A stretch of DNA of 64,000 nt. Origin: Gnetum montanum (taxonomy: Eukaryota; Plantae; Gnetophyta). The stretch lies in the NCBI GenBank assembly GCA_015680685.1, contig MNCI01000596.1, forward strand, positions 150,603 to 214,602. The letters are read 5' to 3'. This document shows positions 48,900 through 63,265 of this stretch, piece by piece; position 1 is the first letter of the stretch; every line of letters starts with the position of its first letter. Position numbers and translations under genes: made by a program. The notes under the pieces are model-generated. The model saw only the letters and a list, made by a program, of their open reading frames with translations, did no database searches and was not told where the DNA came from.

Positions 48900-49950
48900 C
48901 CATTTCTGCATCACTAATGCTTAAGATCTCATGTATAACCTTGGTCTCTTTGTCAACACATATGGACTTCAAGTCAATTAAGAAAAATTTGCTATCTATA
49001 ATGTTGTCTTTCTTCCTCACTAACTATACCATATTGTGTAGTCCCTTGGGGAAATCTTTAAGTGCCTTCATGATACTTACCTTGGAGTGCTAGTGTTTAT
49101 CACCCATCTTAAACTTTCATACTATGATTATGTTCATTATAAGATCTAGAAATACCTTACCAATTGGAAGGATCCTTTCCTATCCTTGGTAGGTTGTGTC
49201 TTACTCACTATGATGGGTATGATGATGAATTCCATATATACCACTCAATTTATTGCACTCATGTCACCCTAAACCTTTATTACAAAGATTGGTATCTTAA
49301 TTTATGGCATTATGTGGAAGCTTACAAAAGATAATAAGAAGATTCAACTCATTAATTAAAAGATCCTCATTAAATCAAAGAGCTATAGGGAAGTCAACCT
49401 TACCTCTTTCACCCTCATGATTCTTAAATAGCAAGCCAAACTAGTAGTTTAAGGATTGTTTAGCTACCCATCCCCACCATTATGACATGCTATTCTTACC
49501 ATTTAATATTCCTTCCTATGAATCCTATCAATTCTCCACTTCTTCTTGGTTCTTCCAAAAATCCACTTGGATCAACCTTATGCCATACATATAATTGGCC
49601 AATACACGTTGGTCCTTCATAATGACTTAAAAAACTAATTTCCAATAGCCTAAAGTTACATCTTAGATCATCAATTATTAGAGCTCCACCTTCCAAGATT
49701 TATACACTACTAGCATCATCTTCAAACTAGATACTCTTCTACTAGGATCCACTACTCTCTTCTAACGACATCATCTTTTATCCATGTTTCCCCTATGCTA
49801 TCAAATTATCTACTACTAGGAAGCTTCATTAGCATGATTGGATATGTATTTTCCTCTTAATGTCCAAGTAGCACATGATGTATCCTTGTCCTCCTATGTA
49901 TTTAGATGTTTATGTGGAAGCTTGTGTAGCATCCTCCTTCCTAGCCATAG
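48900..49950 (+). mobile_element. L1-clade LINE fragment (post-RT region)
   Basis: Degenerate GLQVN*EK, TYLGVLV, LTNWKDPFLSLVGCVLL, KIQLIN*KILIKSKSYREVNL match the plant L1 pattern GL.IN..K...YLGLP...W....LS.AGR.TL...W..IC.PK..GGLG. Confidence 0.7.
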
Positions 49951-50204
49951 GTTAAAGAGCATTACACTAGATATAGAATCCCTAATGAATGAATGATCAT
50001 GGAAAGAGAAAATGAAAACTAAAACAAACTAACATAATGATAAAGAAGTAAAAGAAATTAGGATGAAATTATGATCCAAAAAAAGAAAGATGTTAACAGT
50101 AGAAGAATAAAATATAATTAAATAGCATAAATATATAAAAGAAAAATAAAACATAATGCTAAAATAAAAAATAGAAAATAACATATAAATATGAAAATTA
50201 AAGT

Positions 50205-51032
50205 TGATGAGTAGTGAGCAGTCCCTATGCTCAACCATACAAATCACTAGTGTTCACTAAGTAATTCGGTCGAATTTCATAGACTGTAGCTCTCATAGTG
50301 CACTGGGTCTAGTTAGTGAATCTAACGGACATGATCGTTGCCTTCTTAGTTTCACTTGTGAAGTGCAAAGGTATGGTTAAGTGTAACTGAGGTATATGAT
50401 TTTTATCATTTTATGTTTTCAAATGAATTTTCCTAGGTGATAAAGATAAAGTAATTAAATGTTTAATTAGTCTAATAACTAACTAATGCTTAACTAATCC
50501 TAACATAAGCATTCGTTTCCACTTTCTATACACATCTTGAACATGTTGCACTGCTACTAGGTTACCAAGTGTTAGGCGCTATTGAAATTACCAAGAGTTA
50601 ACGTATGCTTGAAGTGGTCATACTTTGTGTATTGCTTATTCAAAATTAATTAATTAAAGTAAATCACATGAATAATAAATACATGAAATAAACCTTAAGC
50701 CAAGTCCAAGTGTTGCAAGGTTTATGAAGAAAGCTTGTCTTTATTGTCATTCATACCAAACTGCTTAGGTACATCAATGCTTGAATAAATATCTATACAC
50801 TTCTCACTCATACTATGGACACTTAGAAAATATTCTAACTTTGGGAAGACAAAAATGCAAAAGTTTGGCTAGCAACTAATGTTTGGATGGCATAAATGCA
50901 GTGGATGCGCACATATTTATAGGAAGAAATAAACACTTTGTTGACATGTACATGTTAATGTGACAAACCATGCATTAACATGATCATGTCAATAGGATCA
51001 CATCAACGTAGGTGAATGACGAAGACTTATCA
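50205..51032 (-). repeat. 3' LTR of Athila-like element (828 bp)
   Basis: TGATG...TATCA, flanked by AAAGT outside and the PPT inside. Confidence 0.92.
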
Positions 51033-51259
51033 TACCCCCACTACTAAATGAAAGATTGTCCTCAAGTGAACAAAAAAAGAAACAAGTTTCTTATAAAATT
51101 TTGGAGAGGTAAGGAATTATTGGCTAACTAACTAACACACAAACTAACTCAAATAAATGCTAAGTGCCCAAGTGTACAGGTTTACAATTTTTACAAAAAT
51201 TGATGTTCAAGACAAAAAAATTGAATAGTAAGATAAAAACTAATAGCATAACTCCTCTA

Positions 51260-54095
51260 GTAGCTTGAAGATGAGAAAGAAAATCTAACAGTCCTAGGTA
51301 GTGGAGGTTCTTGAGGTGTTGAAGGACCTTTTTCTACCTTTGGTGCATGTGGTTGTTATGGTCGAGGCTATGGTTTTGACTGTTTGGCTATAGTTATGAT
51401 TGCTAGTGGAAGATAAAAAACATCTAGCAATGCTTTCATATTCTCATCCTTACTCTAGGTATCATACAGGGCCCATGTAGCATCACCAATGTGGGCTGGT
51501 AAGGGGAATATCCTATGGATAAGAAATTAAAAGGAACAACTCTTTCACAATGACAAACTAGGTTATGAATTGTTTGTGTTCCACATTGAATGCCTTGACT
51601 GCATTTTGTAGTTTGTGGTAGTCATTCATTCTTCAGGCCAAGTTCTCAGCAATTGATCTCTGATTAGTTAAGCATCCTTTAAGAACATCGAGTTTAGTAT
51701 TTGCTGTTTCTAGCTTCTACTTGATCTCTTTATGCTGCTTGAACTCAACCTTGTACAACAAGTACGAGCACTTGCTTCTCCAATTCTAACCTTGGCTTTC
51801 CAACAGTCAACATTACCAAGTTTACATATTGAAGGTTGATGAGCTCCATGTATTCTATCATCTCCTCGATTTGCAACTCCTTGAGGTAGATTTCTATCTT
51901 GTTGTATGTGTTTAGCTCATCAAAGATGGGCTACCACATGTCATCTCCTTATTGGAGCTGTTGGAGGGCTTCGTTCATCTTTGCCTTCACTAGTTTGATC
52001 TCTTTTTTATTGATTTCTTTTTGAAGGCTAACCTGGTCATTGTAATGATTCTTGATCCTTTCAAATTTGAGGTTCTCATTTTCCTAGGCAGTAATCTCAA
52101 TTGTAGAGTTCTGGCGAAGGGCATGAACCCCCTCCAACGAGAGATTATGATTTTCTGTTGCCAACCTCTTAAGATCTAGGGTTACCTTGAAAAACTAGTC
52201 CTATTGTTGTCTCATGTATTCAACAATTTGTTCTTTCTAGAGTTCAACATTATGTAGGTGATGATTATCCTTGGTCAAAATTATGTTCTCCTAGTGAACC
52301 TTCGACATGTGCTAAATGTTGTAGATGGTGGCATCTATTTAGGACTGGTCAAAGATTGCTAACTCCTTAGCATACTAGGCCTCTTAAAGTTTGGACTGAA
52401 GCTATTGAAAAGCTTCATCCTTGGTTATAGCTTGGTTGAGTACTATGGGATTAGAGAGGTGGACTCTCAACTCTGCAGCTTTAGTAGCTAAGCAATAATT
52501 TTGCTTTGTGGCTACCTCAAGCTAGGCGTTGGCAATGAGGTACTTGTTCTTTGCCTCCAATAGTGTCAACTGGGTAGTAGTGATGTCATTTGAAAGATCA
52601 AAGACCTCTAGAATCAGTTGCTGGGTTTCCACCAATCATTCCAATAACTCCTTGTGTTGGGTTGCGCTGAATCTCCCACTTGGTGCTATTGTGGATGTTT
52701 GCTTTAAGTACAACACTATTTGGCATAAATCATGTAGGAACATTAAGGTCTTCATATACTCTTTTATCCACCATCTCGATTGCTATTCCTACCCTTGGTG
52801 TTGCATCACTAGAATAGTTGCCTCATTGCCTTCTTCTAGGTGCATCAAAGGTTTTTGGAAATTGTTGCTGTCTAGGAATGGACACCATTAGCTCCTAAGC
52901 AATAGGATTTGAGCACATAGGTGCCTGTTTTCTTTGGGCAGAGAAAGTTGGAACCATGTCCCTCCAATTAGTTTATAATACAAGTTCCCTTATTCAAATG
53001 ACTAAAGGTTAATTAGTAGAAAAATAGATCATCACTTAAACCTACTTACTGCTTCTACAAGAGTTCCTCACGGAACTTCTGCATGTGCTCCATGGTAGTA
53101 TGAGCCTTTGTTTAATGAGTGGGGGGTGGCAGCTGCTCCTCTTGTTTCATTATGGTAGGGACCTTATCTTTCATCATTTTCACACAAGAGGCGGTAGGAT
53201 CATGTCTGAGTGTATCATTAGAAGAGCAGGCTATCCCTTCCCTTTTGCAATGTTTTTTGATGAGGCACTAGAAGGAAAGTGCATTCCTCTCACATGTGTT
53301 TTCCTTAAACTACTTCTCTGTCTCAGGATAGATTAGCTATGGGAGGTTCATAGAGAATTTCCTGCTCAGAGTGACATATGCACAAGTAGAAAAGGTTGTT
53401 ACCTTACTTGACTTCACTGTTGGATTTAGGTGATAGGCCACTATCTTGAAATAGGCATGTTCTACCATTGTGAGTGTGCCATACTCCTTATGGTCTACTC
53501 CATAGCACCGTTGTATCCATTTCTTTTTGACCTATGGGTTCACTTGCGTCAAGATCTCTACCAAATTGGTCATAGTTTCAGGCGATTTGAGGGCCTGAGA
53601 AATGACCTTCACTGAGAAGGACACATTGATATCTTTGATCTTCATAGTGGCATTTGGCTGCTTGTTGTTCTAGAAGAGGTATGTATTTCCCATGTACCAC
53701 TCATCGTTGGAAGTGATGATGGGCCATATGGGAGAGCTCTATAGCTATGTTCTGACATCTTCTAGGGCAAAGTCTAAGAAGGTACCAAAATTCAATTATT
53801 GGAGAACTGAATGTTGGATATCCCTAGATTGAATTTTCCTAAGGTAGACATCTATCAATGTGACCTCAAGGCTTGGCCTTGGTCCTAGTGCCTCATCCTA
53901 GTGGGACTACTCTATTTCAAATTGGGTAATTTGATGGATAGATTCCACTTCAAGCTCCTCCCAAAGAGGTCTCGTTGCATGAGTCTTAGCTACTTGCTCT
54001 TATGGTTTTTCTTGTTGGCCCCTTCTATTTTTGGGTTGCTTGTCCCTTGGTTGGGATGGTCCTCCTTCCTACGGATGCTTAGGTCTTGGTGTCAT
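51260..54095 (-). pseudogene. Degenerate env-like extra ORF of the Athila-like element with a coiled-coil-like C-terminal half
   Basis: ATG at 54095 directly after acceptor-like ttatag; reading MTPRPKHP...VSFSVKVISQAL...LNPTVKSSKV...ALSF*CLIKKHCKREGI resembles Athila env-like proteins; ~52700-51600 is L/E/Q/K-rich; many premature stops. End approximate. Confidence 0.7.
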
Positions 54096-56884
54096 CTATA
54101 ATCACAACATGATAAAGGATTAGTGTTTGGTGTGTAACTCTATAACACTTGAGCACCTTATCTCTTTGGATTAGTTACATTTGGCTAAGTTGTGATCATG
54201 ATAGGTTTGATTATTTTAATATTATTTCATTTTAATGTCTACTAGAGTTTGTTGGAAAGGTTTAACTCTCTTAAATTAGTGATTTTAATGTTATTTTATT
54301 AGTTAAACCTTGTGGGAGTTAAAAAAATATTTGAAAATTTTTTGTCAAAAACCTAAGGTTTGTGGCCCCCATGACGTAAAGCTCACCTTTAGTAGTTGTA
54401 AGAATGAAAAACGAGGTTAATTGGACAAGTGGTTTGAAAGTTATGGGCTCTAGAAGGTTTTGAGCTCTGAAAATTGCAAAAACTCCTTCCTCATTTAAGA
54501 GCAAATGACAAAAATTCACTAAGTGTTGGGTGGTATCTATAGAATTTTTTCCTTGCATTGATGAGATCTTGTTGATGGGATCACATTGACATGGTGACTA
54601 CATCCACAGAATCCTCTTGATGTGGCCAACAAATAGAATTTTTAACTTTGAAAAATAAGGGATAAACAAGAATTTTTAGCTTGAAATTGGAGTCCAAAGG
54701 AAGCCCAAGAAGCCTCGAACATAATGAAATGCATGTTGAGGGCTAGATATTTAACAAAAAGGAGATTTAATTGGGAGAATGATTGGAGAAATACCATGAA
54801 GAAGCACATAATTTGATGTAACCAATGTGGAGCACAAAAGACTTGAATGTAGAAATACCTAAGGGATGAGGAACTTAACTAGCTAAACCAAGGGGCTCTT
54901 GCATGTCCTCAATCTGTGGGCCCCATGGATGATTAATGGTTATGGTTAGTTAATGACCAAATCACCAAATATACTATCTAAGAACTTTGACACATCAAAC
55001 TAAGACATTGAACAAACCATAAAAAGAGGTAGTGAGGTGAGATATGGAAACCATAGATGGATGAGGTGGAAAGTGAAATGGACTCCTGTTTTGTGATCAC
55101 ATGAAGTTGTGGATTTCATGGTTATTATGACCTAATAACATTGATCCTTAGTTTGAATCAAGACTAAATACTTTCAGTGACTTCACATCAATACTTTAAG
55201 ACCAGTTCATTCCCTCGAGGCATAAGAGCATCCCCATACATCAATCACCATTCCTTAAAATAGAAGAAAAGAGAAGAAAGAAATGAGATGAACCTTAGTT
55301 AGAGAGGACCTTTAGGCATGGGCAACATGTCTTTCTAGTCCCATAACCAGTGCTTATAGCTCATTATTTTGTCTAAGGGGTGTGCTTTGAATTCCCATTA
55401 TTGTTTTTCTTTTTTGAGTTTTTGGATAAAAACCACATCATGCAAAGACTTAACTTCCTGTTATTGGTTAATAGTAGAATGGTGAGAAATCTATGAAAAC
55501 ACTCATGCACCCAAGAGGGTAGACAAGTACAAAGAGCACTGAATCCCCTTGAAGTCACACCCTTGTTTATCCATTTAATTTTTTCCAAGTTTAGAAACTA
55601 TAAACACAAGTTCTTTTAAAAGTTTCATTTAAGAAGGGATCACAGATTTCCAAAACAAGGGAACATCATAGAGTTTTGTGGATTGGTGGATGACATGTAC
55701 TCATTGTTTGTTATCATGAAAAAGAAACCATATCTTAGTTATTAACATCAAAATTCAAAGATAGAATCCAAACATTAGCAATCAAATAACATTATAATGC
55801 AAACCACCATCAATTGATAGTTGTAGTTGCACTTAGTCCTAGCAACAATAAAGAAGAAAAACAAAACATAAGAAATGAATAAAAGAAATCCAAACCAATT
55901 AAAGTAAAATATAGAAGAAACTATAAAATATTTAAGAAAGGGAAAATGTACTAAAAATGCTGTAAAAAAAAGGGAAAAAATTGAGGAGCCACATGTAAGA
56001 TACACATGGATGACCATCTCACCCATGATTGAGTTGAAAGGAAGAGATTCAAAAGATTGAGTGCACATGTCCATATGCTTATGTGTTTTGGTTGCTAGCT
56101 CTTTTGGGTACATGGAAGGGCTTTATTTGTTGCATGTTGATCAATAGATTTTTATTAAAGCTTTCAAGTTTTTATATTAACATGGCCCCAAAGGAAAAGG
56201 TTTCATAGATAATATCAGGCCCTGTCCACAATGTTTGGAACTTGGTTCTTTGTGGCACATGTGTGAGATTTCAGTATAGGACCCTATCTTCTAGTTGAAA
56301 TTTTACTTTCTTAATTCTAAAGTCATGTCATTACTTGTTGAATGCCTTATGCACCTTGTTGGATGACAAGGCTAGTAATCAGTTCTCATCTAACAAGTTG
56401 AGATTCATTAGTCTTTTTTCTTGTGCTAAACTTAGGTCAAAGTCAAGGTCACGAATTGTTAATAGTGTATGAATCTCCATTTGGATTAGAAGTGTTGGCA
56501 ATTTTCCATACACAAGTTCATAGGGAGAGTAGCCAATAGGAATTTCCAAGTGGAGCAGTAGGCCTAGAGGGCATTGTTAAGTTTGGTGTTCTAGTCCCTT
56601 CTATAGTTATTAATGGTTCTTATTAGTATTTTTGTAATTTCCCTATTTGTAATCTCTACTTCACCATTATCTTTAAGATGGTAGGGTGTTGTTAATTTAT
56701 GTTCAACCCCCAAGAATTACATAAGTTTATGAAATATAGTGCCTATAAAATAAGTACCGTTATCCGAAATAAGTGCATGTGGCACCCTAAACCTATTTAC
56801 AACATATTGTTTTACAAACCAAGCAGTTGTAGAAGATGTGTAATTGGTGACTATTGTAGCCTCCGTTCATTTCATAAAGATGTT

Positions 56885-56960
56885 AATGACTATGATGTAC
56901 ACCTTTCCATTTGACATGGGAACAATGACTATGATGTACATCTTTCCATTTGACATGGGA
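56885..56960. repeat. 39 bp in-frame tandem duplication in the integrase core
   Basis: aatgactatgatgtaca[c/t]ctttccatttgacatggga at 56885 and 56924. Confidence 0.9.
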
Positions 56961-59900
56961 GTGATGGGACCTATGAAGTCAATGCCCCAACTATCGAAGT
57001 GCTCCAATGGTTGGATCCACTGCTAAGGCCCCTCCATATGAATGGTCATTCCACCATCACATTGGCAGCATTCACAGGAGTGGATGAAGTGGCGAGCATC
57101 CCTGAGAAGATCTTACCAATAGTACCTTGCCATAAGAATCTTAATAGTGATGCATCTCCCAACATAGTGGCCTCCACAAGGGCCCTCATGAGCATCTTGA
57201 AGCACACATAGTTGATTAGCATCAGGTATGCATCAACGAACCAGGCCATTAGCGCACACCTCATAAAGGTGTACATTGATTTTCATAATGCATTTTTCTT
57301 GGTGAAGAAACTATTGTTTCTTCTTGTTGTCCCACATTTGTGGCATCTTATGAGTGAGCCATCATACTAGTTGGTTGTAGTGGGCATTTGTTTAGTGATA
57401 ACATTGACAAAGAGGAGATCATCAGGAAACTAATATGAAAGTGAGATATCCTCCTCTTTATTGTCCCATCTGAATCGAGACAAGTGATCAGGGATCACAT
57501 TCTCAATCCCCTTTCAATCCACCATCATGAGATTGAATTCCTGTAGGATTACCAGTCATCATATGATATGGGGGCTCACCATTGGTTCATTGATTATGAA
57601 TCAGACTACATTGTGGTTTGTGTGCACAAACACCTTGTACCCAAACACATAGTGCCTGAATTTTTTCAAGGCAAACACCACCACTATTAGTTCTTTCTTC
57701 GTTGTGGTGTAGTTCAACTATGCACCCAAAATGCTTCCACTCACATAGTGGATGTAGTAAGGGCATTTTTGACCATCCAACTACATGAGCATGGGTCTTA
57801 AGGCATAGTTAGATGCATCCATCATAATGTGGAAGGGCTTGGATCAATCAGGTGCTCATAGGATTGGAGTTTCCACAAGCTTTTGCTTGAGTTTATGGAA
57901 TGCACATTTGCATTTCTTGAATTAGATAAATAGAGCATCCTTCTTTGTTAGCTCCACCAATAGTTTGGCAATCTTAGAGAAATTCTCAATGAATTGTCGA
58001 TCATAGCCAATGTGTCCAAGAAATAACCTTATATTTTAAACTATTTTTGGCTATCTTGGAATTCTTTGAATGACCCTTATTTTTTTTAAGATCCACCTCG
58101 ATCCCTTACTTTGAAATTCTATGCTTAAATACAATGCCTTCATGGACCATCAAGTGGCTTTTCTACCACTTGAGCCTAAGGTTTGTTTCCATGCATCTTT
58201 TCATTACTTGCTCGAGACATTCAAGGGCCTACTCAAATGTAGCCCCATAGGTGGAGAATTCATCAATGAAAAATTTCATCCCAGTACCAATATGCTATTG
58301 GAAAATGCTCAGGACAAGGTGTTGGAATGTGGTAGGGGCATTACACAAGCCAAACAACATCTTTCTATATGCAAAAGTATCCTAGGGACTCATGAATGTT
58401 GTTTTTGGCCTAATCTTCTAGTGTGATTTGAATTTGGTTATAGTCACTATAATAAACCAGAAAGCTATAATAACAATGCTCAAAAATGCTATCCAGCACC
58501 TAGTCCACAAATGACAAGGAAAAGTGATCCATGTTTGTTGCTATGTTCAATAGGCTAAAATTGATGCAGATCCTCCATTTTCCACTTTTCTTTGGTACTA
58601 TCACAAGTTGGCTAACCCACTCACTCTAAGAAATGGGATAAATGAACCCTACCTTAAGGAGTTGTTCAATCTTCTCTTTCATGATCTACTTCAATTTGGG
58701 ATTCAATTGCCATTGTGGCTACCTCTTTAGTTTAATGAAAATATTTATGTAGATATGGTGCTAGTATATCCTAGGATCAATTCTAATGAGTTTAGGATAT
58801 GACCAAGTAAAGGTTGTTGGACATTTGTTGACCACATCTAATAAGTTCTTTTTCTATGCAAGATCAAGGTTAGCATTGATAATAACCAACTTCCCATTTT
58901 TTAAGAAACTATATTCCATTTCAACTGATAAACTTTTTAACTCAAGGGGCTCTTATTTAAAACTTTCAAGGATCTCCAACTCTCTCCAATTGGTGTCATC
59001 AAGTTCATTAGAGATTTGGTGATGGATCTACTCCATCTTGTCCATGCCTTCGATGTAGGCACTTGTAAGGCTCTCAGTCTATTCCATGGATAAAGTTGAG
59101 CTACTTTGAGGTTTAGTTGTTAGCCACTTGGTGCCCTCCTATTTTTTGGTTGCTATGTATAGGCACCTTTGAATTTCAAACATATCTACATATTTCTTAC
59201 ATGCTATGATTGTTGTACTTTTCATGGCCCATAATTTCTACATGCAGTTGCACCCTATGTCACTGTACGTGATGCATGGAACACACTTCCTCTCAATGTT
59301 TTCAAAATCATTTTCCTTGGAAATTTTTAAGAAGAGGTCTCTAATTTTTAGCTGTGCATCAATTGTACTTAGTTAAGCCCTTTCCATGATGATTAGAAAA
59401 TCCACCTTGCAGTTTTTAACTCTGATCACTAGGAAATTAGCAGGATATGATCACCCATAAACGGTGATCACAATGTCCTTCACCAATCCCAAGGAAATAG
59501 CGATGGACTGATTTGCCAACTCAAGATGAATGTTGCTCTTCTTGAGAGGAGGAAGGTTCCAAGCTTTATACATTTCATCTAAAATCAAATTTACACTAGT
59601 ACCTAAGTTTAGAAGAGTCTTGTATGGCTCATTTCTAGTGATTTCCAAGTAGATTAGGGAACTTCCAGGGAAAGATCTTTACCTAGAAAGGTGGTCAGTC
59701 TTTATTCAATTAGTGATCTCATGGGTCAACATTACAGTATGATCCTTAGGAGGAATTTGGTTTGAAGGGATCTTGAATGGGATTAAGAAGGATGAGGGAG
59801 AAGCAGGGTCATTAGTCATAGGTGTTTGTGAGGGCTTAGAAGGACTATTGGTTTAGAAGAAAAATCTTTTTCGAGGCTTGTTTTCCAAACTACTCATCTA

Positions 59901-62429
59901 GGGAGTTGGTTGTAAGTTAATAGCCCTTGTGGGATTTCTTTGCTGTGGCTAGGCTAGAATTTCACCTTGCATAGATGGAGCTAGTGGTAATTGAGTTAAG
60001 AGTGGAGGTATAGGTGCAGAAGGATGAGGAGGATAAAATGGAAATTGGGATTTCCCCTTTGGAGATTAAGCTCTATAATACTTAGGAGGGTAGTAGGGGT
60101 GTTGGAAAAATGCATGACTAGAAGAGTCACCTAGAGAAATTGATTACTGAACATAATACCCATATGGATCTGGTTGCCGGTAGGGGTACTACTACCTTGG
60201 TGGTGGCATCCCCTATGATTGTGAGTGCTATCACTGCTGGTACTACTCATGAGGTTGGGGTGGAGCTTCACTAGGATAATAAGCTTCTTGTTGGTGGAAC
60301 TACTTGTAGGTTCTTTAAGGATAAGGCAACCTCCTAGGTATTTACCTTTTTGCCAATCTAGGATTTAGAGTGTACATCCCAAATTCTTGCAAATGTGACA
60401 TAACTAGGCAACATTCTTTAGGATGTTCATAGTGGCAAATGTCACACCCACCATCATATCTATCTCAAGATTTGCAACCTCTTCAATGATAGCAGCTTCA
60501 CCCTTACTCCTTTTGTGAGCATGTTACGCTTCCTTCAACATTGACTACCTTTTTCTTTGGACTCTTTAGTAATTCTAAGGGTAGTTTGGAACTTCTTATT
60601 TAAAGAATCCCACATTTTATCTATCTTAGTTGATATTTCAGAAACAAATTTTTGTATCTGCAAGGTTTTACGTTGCACCACTTCATCAAGTGGTGACTCC
60701 TCCTCATTATCACAAAATTGGACCTCCCTTTTGTGAATGGAAGGGTCCTAGTTATATTCTTATGCACTTTCCCTTTTTTGGAACTTACGTTCTTCTTTGG
60801 CCACTTGCTTAATTAGCCTTTAGATCTGATGGACACTTTGAAAGTCTCCCTTGGGCATAGACCCTAAGAGTTTTTCTCATTTCTATTTTGAGCCCATCTA
60901 TGATATGGAAAAGTTGCTCCTTTTGAGAAAAGCCATGGCCCAAGCACTTGTGCAACATAGAGTAATTTTTGCCCATGGTTGCATCCAAGGATTCATGTGT
61001 TCATTGTCTCCACCTTTGGATATGCTTTCTTAGATTAGACACTTGGGAGTATAATACTTTTCATTGAAGAGTCTATGCATTGTAATTCATCATCTAATTG
61101 ATTCTAATTCTAAGGACTGGTACTAGCTTTCAGCCTTCTTGATGAGTGTCCTAGGTAAAAACTTCAATTTTTTTCATTTGTTTTCCACATTTTGTGAGGC
61201 ACAGGCATTGTGAAAAGCTTGGAGATGATTTTTTGGATCAGAATTATATCACTCTTCAAACTTGGGGATGTTGTCCATGTCTAATCGTGTGATTATATTG
61301 TCTTTCACATGCCTTGTTGGAATTCTCATGGCCTTATATGTTTAACATGTTTTTTGTTATAAGCAAAGGCTTATCATAGTCATCGCCCCTATGATGACCA
61401 TGTGCTTGTGATATCCCTTGCTATCCCTTTGTTCATGGTGGTGGGCCTTCCTTGATTGCCCATGCCCCTAGTTTCTACTATTCTGATGCATCCTACAATC
61501 ATCTTTGTCTTTCCGGTCACCTCCATCATGGTCTCATCCTCTATAGCTTTAGTTGAAGCTAGAGGAGAAAGAAGATGAGGACAAAGAAGGTGAAGAGGAA
61601 GGAGGGCTAGCACTAGAACGATGCCTACTACTCCCTCTTCATTAGTCATGACCATGATCACCATGGTTATCTTTGTTGTGATGCTTGTCCATGTTCTTGC
61701 CTTGGCTCCCTTCTTTGGAGCTTCCATGGTGATGGGATCCATCCTACCCTGAACTAGGATTGTTTACAGTGGACTGTAAATTCTGGTTAGGATCCCATAT
61801 GTCAAAGAAGAGAAGAGGAGAATTCATGTTTTGAGAATCCCCAAAGAATTGATCCTCTCCTTCCTTTTGGCCAAGGAAGAATAAGGGGTTTGTGAAAATT
61901 TTTTCCTTTGACACCTTGTAGTGAACCTCTTGCTACTGATCTTTCTTTCATTGTGCCTTAGTGGGATGATAATCCTGATAATCATGGTCCTACACAACGT
62001 ACTCTACATTAACCCCTATAATGCCCAATTTCATGAGTGTGAAGCAACATTGCAAGAACTGATTAATCGGGCGACAACATAATGTTGTCGTCTCTGTTCC
62101 TCCACCACAGTTGTTCATCCTACTATAGGATGAAGGTGAAGTCTTGAACATACTTATTTGGATGAGTATATATCACCTTGCATTTTTGGGGCATAGGTGG
62201 TTTTGATCCTTCATGCCTTTGCTAATTGGAATCGCCTTTGTATGGTGGTGGAGAATCTTTCCTATGAAAAGAAGCCATATTAGATCAGAAGAAAAATAAT
62301 GTGCTTTTGTTGTTGTTATTATTTTTCTTAATGATATTGACTTTAGGGTTCATTGCAACGTTGTTATATAATTTCACTAACTCATACGTAGTGCATGTAG
62401 CTAACTAAAGTCCACAACAATGGCACCAA

Positions 62430-63265
62430 TGATGAGTAGTGAGTAGTCCCTATACCCAACCATACGAATCACTAGTGTTCACTAAATGATCTGGTTGAAT
62501 TTTGTAGACTTTAGCTCCCTAAGTACACTAGGTCTAGGTAGTGAATCTAATGGGCATGTTCGTTATCTTCTTAGTTTCATTTGTGAAGTGCCAAGGTATG
62601 GTTAAGTGTAATTGAGGTATATGATTTATTATTTTATGTTTTTTTATTAATTTTTCTAAGTGCTAAAGATAAAGTAATTAATTATTTAATTAATCTAATA
62701 ACTAACTAAGGCTTAACTAATCCTAACATAAGCATTTGTTCCCACTTTTTGTATAGATTTTGAACATGTTGCAATGCTACTAGGTTACCAAGCATTAGGT
62801 GCTACTAGGATTGCCAAGTGTTAATGTATGCTTGAAGTGATCATACTTATGTGTATTTATTGTCAAAATTAATTAATTAATAAAATGCATTAAAATAAAT
62901 CTCATGAATAATAAATCCATGAAGTTAACATTAAGCTAAGTCCAAGTGCTACAAGATTTATGAAGAAAGCTCATCTTTATTGCCATTCACACCGGAGTAC
63001 TAAGGTATATTAGTGCTCGAATAAAGATTCATACAATTCTCACTTTTATTATGGGCACTTAGAAAATATTCTAACTTTGGGAAGACAAAAATGCAAGAGT
63101 TTGGCTAGTAACTAATGTTTGGATGCCATAAATGTAGTGGATGTGCACACATTAATAGGTGGAAATAGACATTACATTGATGCGTACACGTGAATACAAC
63201 AAACCATGTGTTGGTTCGATTGTGATGCGATCTCGTCAATGCAAGCAAATGACGATGACTCATCA
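62430..63265 (-). repeat. 5' LTR of Athila-like element (836 bp)
   Basis: TGATG...CATCA, flanked by the PBS inside and AAAGT outside. Confidence 0.92.

Larger units (their letters stand above)
50205..63265 (-). mobile_element. Full-length Athila-like Ty3/Gypsy retrotransposon (13,061 bp) with env-like ORF, degenerate
   Basis: LTRs 62430-63265 and 50205-51032 (~85% identical); perfect TSD AAAGT; PBS ttggtgccattgttgtgga; PPT tttagtagtgggggta; gag ~61900-60400, protease LLNLGTSVNLI (59451..59648), RT ~58750-58000, RNase H ~57830-57480, integrase ~57250-56440, extra ORF ~54095-51260. Confidence 0.94.
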
